IMG/VR virus record: IMGVR_UViG_3300032167_000106
Span: 4,424-68,423 of that record
From: a virus
Taxonomy: Duplodnaviria; Caudoviricetes
Length of the DNA stretch: 64,000 nt
Direction: 5' to 3' (one strand)
Both the position numbers and the translations under genes were made by a program. The notes under the pieces are model-generated. The model ran no database searches, was not told the origin of the DNA, and worked only from the letters and a program-made list of their open reading frames with translations. Position 1 is the stretch's first letter. Every line of letters begins with the position of its first letter. This document shows, in pieces, positions 61,419 to 64,000 of the stretch.

Positions 61419-62392
61419 GTGATACCATCAAGGGTGCGACCATACTGATTACCGGCGGCACCGGTACATTCGGCAATGCCTTCCTCGACAAGTGCTTGGA
61501 GATGGATGCAGCCGAAGTCCGGATCTTCAGCCGGGATGAGAAGAAACAGTATGATATGGCACAGAGATACCGGGAGCACAAGAATGTCAAGTTCTTCCTC
61601 GGAGACATCCGGGATAAGCGGACACTTGACCCGGCTATGTACGGCGTTGACTATGTGTTCCACGCCGCAGCTATGAAGCAGGTTCCCTCCTGCGAACGCT
61701 TCCCGATGGAGGCTGTGAAGACCAACATCCAGGGCAGCGAGAACCTCTTGATCTCCGCAGTCCAGCGGCGGGTCAAGAAGGTTGTTTGCCTGTCTACCGA
61801 TAAGGCGGTGTATCCCACCTCCGCTATGGGTATGACCAAGGCATATATGGAGAAGTTGGCTCTGCAAAGAGCTGAGGAGCAGGACCGTACACAGATCTGC
61901 ATCACCCGGTTTGGCAACCTGGTTGCATCCCGGGGTAGTGCTGTGCCTCTGTTCATTGAGCAGGTGCAGACTGGTATGCCGATCACGATTACCCATCCGG
62001 ATATGACCCGCTTCCTGATGACCGTCAATGAGGCGGTCGATCTGGTAGCCCGTGCGTTCAGCCTGGGTCAGAACGGTGAGCTCCTCGTCAAGAAGTCCTC
62101 TGCCTGTACGACCGGAGATCTGGCGAGTGCGGTATGTAAGTACCTGAACCTGCCTGAGGATTACCCCAAGAAGATCATCGGCATCCGCCCCGGCGAGAAA
62201 ATGCACGAAGCATTGCTGACCGAGGAGGAGGCAGAGCTGGCCACTGTGAAGGGAGACTACATCGTAGTATCCCGGAAGCGGGACAGCGTGGGTAGGATTG
62301 ACGCCCAGTACAAGTCCGAGCTTGCACCCCGTATGACGGAGGAGCAGGTATTGAACCTGATCCGCAGTGTGTTCGAGGGAGGTGTTCACTGA
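61415..62392 (+). CDS. UDP-GlcNAc 4,6-dehydratase (CapE/FnlA/PseB-type)
   Basis: ITGGTGTFG, FSRDEKKQ, HAAAMKQVPSCE, STDKAVYP..AMGMTK, IRPGEKMHE. Confidence 0.93.
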   Translation: MSDTIKGATILITGGTGTFGNAFLDKCLEMDAAEVRIFSRDEKKQYDMAQRYREHKNVKFFLGDIRDKRTLDPAMYGVDYVFHAAAMKQVPSCERFPMEAVKTNIQGSENLLISAVQRRVKKVVCLSTDKAVYPTSAMGMTKAYMEKLALQRAEEQDRTQICITRFGNLVASRGSAVPLFIEQVQTGMPITITHPDMTRFLMTVNEAVDLVARAFSLGQNGELLVKKSSACTTGDLASAVCKYLNLPEDYPKKIIGIRPGEKMHEALLTEEEAELATVKGDYIVVSRKRDSVGRIDAQYKSELAPRMTEEQVLNLIRSVFEGGVH

Positions 62393-63096
62393 TGCCTAAG
62401 AAGATCCTGTTTGTAGTTGCCCATCCGGACGACGAGCTCCTGGGAGCCGGTGCGTTCATCCACGATGCAGCTAAGGCAGGCCACGAGATTGCCGTGGCGG
62501 TGCTGAACACCTGTGACACTACCCGCTATCAGGATGATTTTAAGCGGATCGTCGCTGATATGGTACGGACACACCACGAAGTCGGTATTTCGCAGTTGTA
62601 TCCATTCTGCTATACCGACAGCAACTTCCACAATGCCGACCATCGCCAGATGGTACAGGACATTGAGAAGGTGATGCGGGAGTTCCAGCCTGATTACATT
62701 TTCACCCAGCACCCCGGTGATATTAACACCGATCACTACTGGACGGCAGCATCCTGTATGGAAGCCTTCCGCCTGTGGCAACGGGGCCGGGAGGAGATGA
62801 AGCCGGTCAAGGCTCTCTACCTGATGGAAGTCCAGTCCTCTACCGACTGGGCACTGAACCCGTCGATCAAGAAATTCGACGCCAATACCTACATCCCGGT
62901 AACGGAGGCAGGTGTGGCGGCTAAGATCCGTGCATTGGGACTGTATGAGAATGTCATCCGTCCCGTTCCGCATCCCCGGAGCGAGGAAGCTCTTTGGGCA
63001 TTGCCCCGGCTCCGTGGTGCACAGTGCGGTATGCCGTATGCTGAGGCGTTCGAGTGCGTGTTCAGACTGGAGGGGATTGTATGGGGGACTTGGTAG
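62392..63096 (+). CDS. PIG-L/LmbE family N-acetyl sugar deacetylase
   Basis: VAHPDDE and HPGDINTDH metal motifs; AEAF near the C-terminus. Confidence 0.92.
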   Translation: MPKKILFVVAHPDDELLGAGAFIHDAAKAGHEIAVAVLNTCDTTRYQDDFKRIVADMVRTHHEVGISQLYPFCYTDSNFHNADHRQMVQDIEKVMREFQPDYIFTQHPGDINTDHYWTAASCMEAFRLWQRGREEMKPVKALYLMEVQSSTDWALNPSIKKFDANTYIPVTEAGVAAKIRALGLYENVIRPVPHPRSEEALWALPRLRGAQCGMPYAEAFECVFRLEGIVWGTW

Positions 63097-63785
63097 TCCT
63101 TGCGTCCCACCAGCCTGACTTTTTCCCGTGGATGGGATATTTCTACAAGATATTCCGGAGTAAGATCTTCGTATTCTCCGACAATGTCCAGTATTCCAAG
63201 TCAGCCCGACACAACTACAACGACATCCTGACTGCCAATGGTCCGCAGCGGTTCACGCTGCCGATCCACTACCATTGCGTTGACATCGACAAGATGGAGA
63301 TCGCAGCGGATGAGCGAGTTGTGGAGAAGATGCTGAAGACCTTGAAGTTTGCATACGGAAAGGCAAAGCACTTCGATGAGGTGTACCCGGTAATGGAGGA
63401 GCTGCTCGGTCGGGCACCGACGGCGAAAAGCCTTGCCGATTTCAACTATATGTGCATATTCGATTTCTGCCATCGGTTCGGTATGTTCGATGATGGTACT
63501 GAGCGGGAGTTCTATCGCTCCTCTTGGCTCAACCTCAAGGAACGCCGGGACGCACGGATCATCGAGATGTGCAAGCTCCTGAACGCAGATATGTATATCA
63601 GCGGGTCAGGGGCGAAAGATTACCACATCGAGGAAGATTACCGGAACAACGGGATCGACCTCGTCTATTCTGACTATGAACCGGTGGTTTACGATCAGGT
63701 GGGAGGCAAGCAGGTTATCAACCTGTCTGTCATCGACTATGTGATGAACTGCGGGTTTGAGATCCCGAGGGGGTGGAAAGTATGA
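63081..63785 (+). CDS. wbqC: WbqC family protein (putative glycyl/aminoacyl transferase)
   Basis: HQPDFFPWMGYFYKI...DNVQY...YISGSGAKDY...LSVIDYVMN. Confidence 0.88.
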   Translation: MGDLVVLASHQPDFFPWMGYFYKIFRSKIFVFSDNVQYSKSARHNYNDILTANGPQRFTLPIHYHCVDIDKMEIAADERVVEKMLKTLKFAYGKAKHFDEVYPVMEELLGRAPTAKSLADFNYMCIFDFCHRFGMFDDGTEREFYRSSWLNLKERRDARIIEMCKLLNADMYISGSGAKDYHIEEDYRNNGIDLVYSDYEPVVYDQVGGKQVINLSVIDYVMNCGFEIPRGWKV

Positions 63786-64000
63786 ATGAACCGACATTCG
63801 GTATCTATATTCCCAGCTACAAGCGGTTCAAGACCTGTACCGCCCACCAGTTTTTGGAGTATGGTACTTACATCGTAAGAGAGAGCGAGTACGAGGACTA
63901 TGTAGCGGCTCTGGCTGACTACCCTCACATCAAGGTGCAGGCGGTCGAAGATAGCCAGATCTGCGGACTGACTGAAGTAAACCAATGGCTCATTGATAAC
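63782..64000 (+). CDS. GT-A glycosyltransferase, TAGT/GREB1-like, 3'-truncated
   Basis: Read by hand (absent from the ORF track): MNEPTFGIYIPSYKRFKTCTAHQFLEYGTYIVRESEYEDY...ICGLTEVNQWLIDN; ATGA overlap with wbqC. Confidence 0.65.
   Translation, partial: MNEPTFGIYIPSYKRFKTCTAHQFLEYGTYIVRESEYEDYVAALADYPHIKVQAVEDSQICGLTEVNQWLIDN

Noticed and set aside
60180-63785. Host capsule or O-antigen locus marking a prophage boundary
   Set aside because: Codon style, RBS pattern and overlaps match the phage genes; it follows a phage-type leader and ParB-like gene; no att site, flippase or polymerase seen. Not fully excluded because the window ends
1-64000. tRNA, rRNA, tmRNA, IS transposase, reverse transcriptase/DGR, terminase or structural genes
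   Set aside because: No cloverleaf or diagnostic motifs noticed by eye; a tRNAscan-SE/Infernal run is needed to exclude short RNAs

Overview
The window is about 64 kb of a temperate tailed-phage genome, apparently from a Clostridia-like (Bacillota) host; the host assignment is inferred from gene families and sigma-A-type promoters. It starts inside the endolysin and ends inside a sugar-modification operon; no terminase, head or tail genes are in the window. Order: lysis cassette (1-2.9 kb); a ~34 kb rightward array of about 100 mostly small accessory genes (3-37.4 kb) that includes a C5 methyltransferase, an orphan MazF-like gene, dUTPase, GIY-YIG and ASCH-like genes; a leftward large serine integrase and CI-like repressor; a rightward cro, SleB-like hydrolase, exonuclease, RecT, initiator, DnaC-like loader, RusA, SSB, DUF5131, RtcB (one in-frame TAA) and a DUF1492-like late regulator; a second accessory block (52.7-59.3 kb); then ParB-like, DegT aminotransferase, CapE/FnlA-type dehydratase, PIG-L deacetylase, WbqC and a TAGT/GREB1-like glycosyltransferase. 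Two candidates for undescribed systems stand out. (1) This last operon looks like a phage pathway that makes an unusual amino-deoxy sugar and transfers it, probably to DNA. (2) The accessory regions have a repeat-based architecture: six near-identical promoters sharing a GGNGGTAGGT box, a dispersed TTACC-N4-GGTAA operator, and seven copies of an unexplained ~60-90 bp intergenic element at gene-block junctions. All family calls come from motif recognition by eye; no database search was run.
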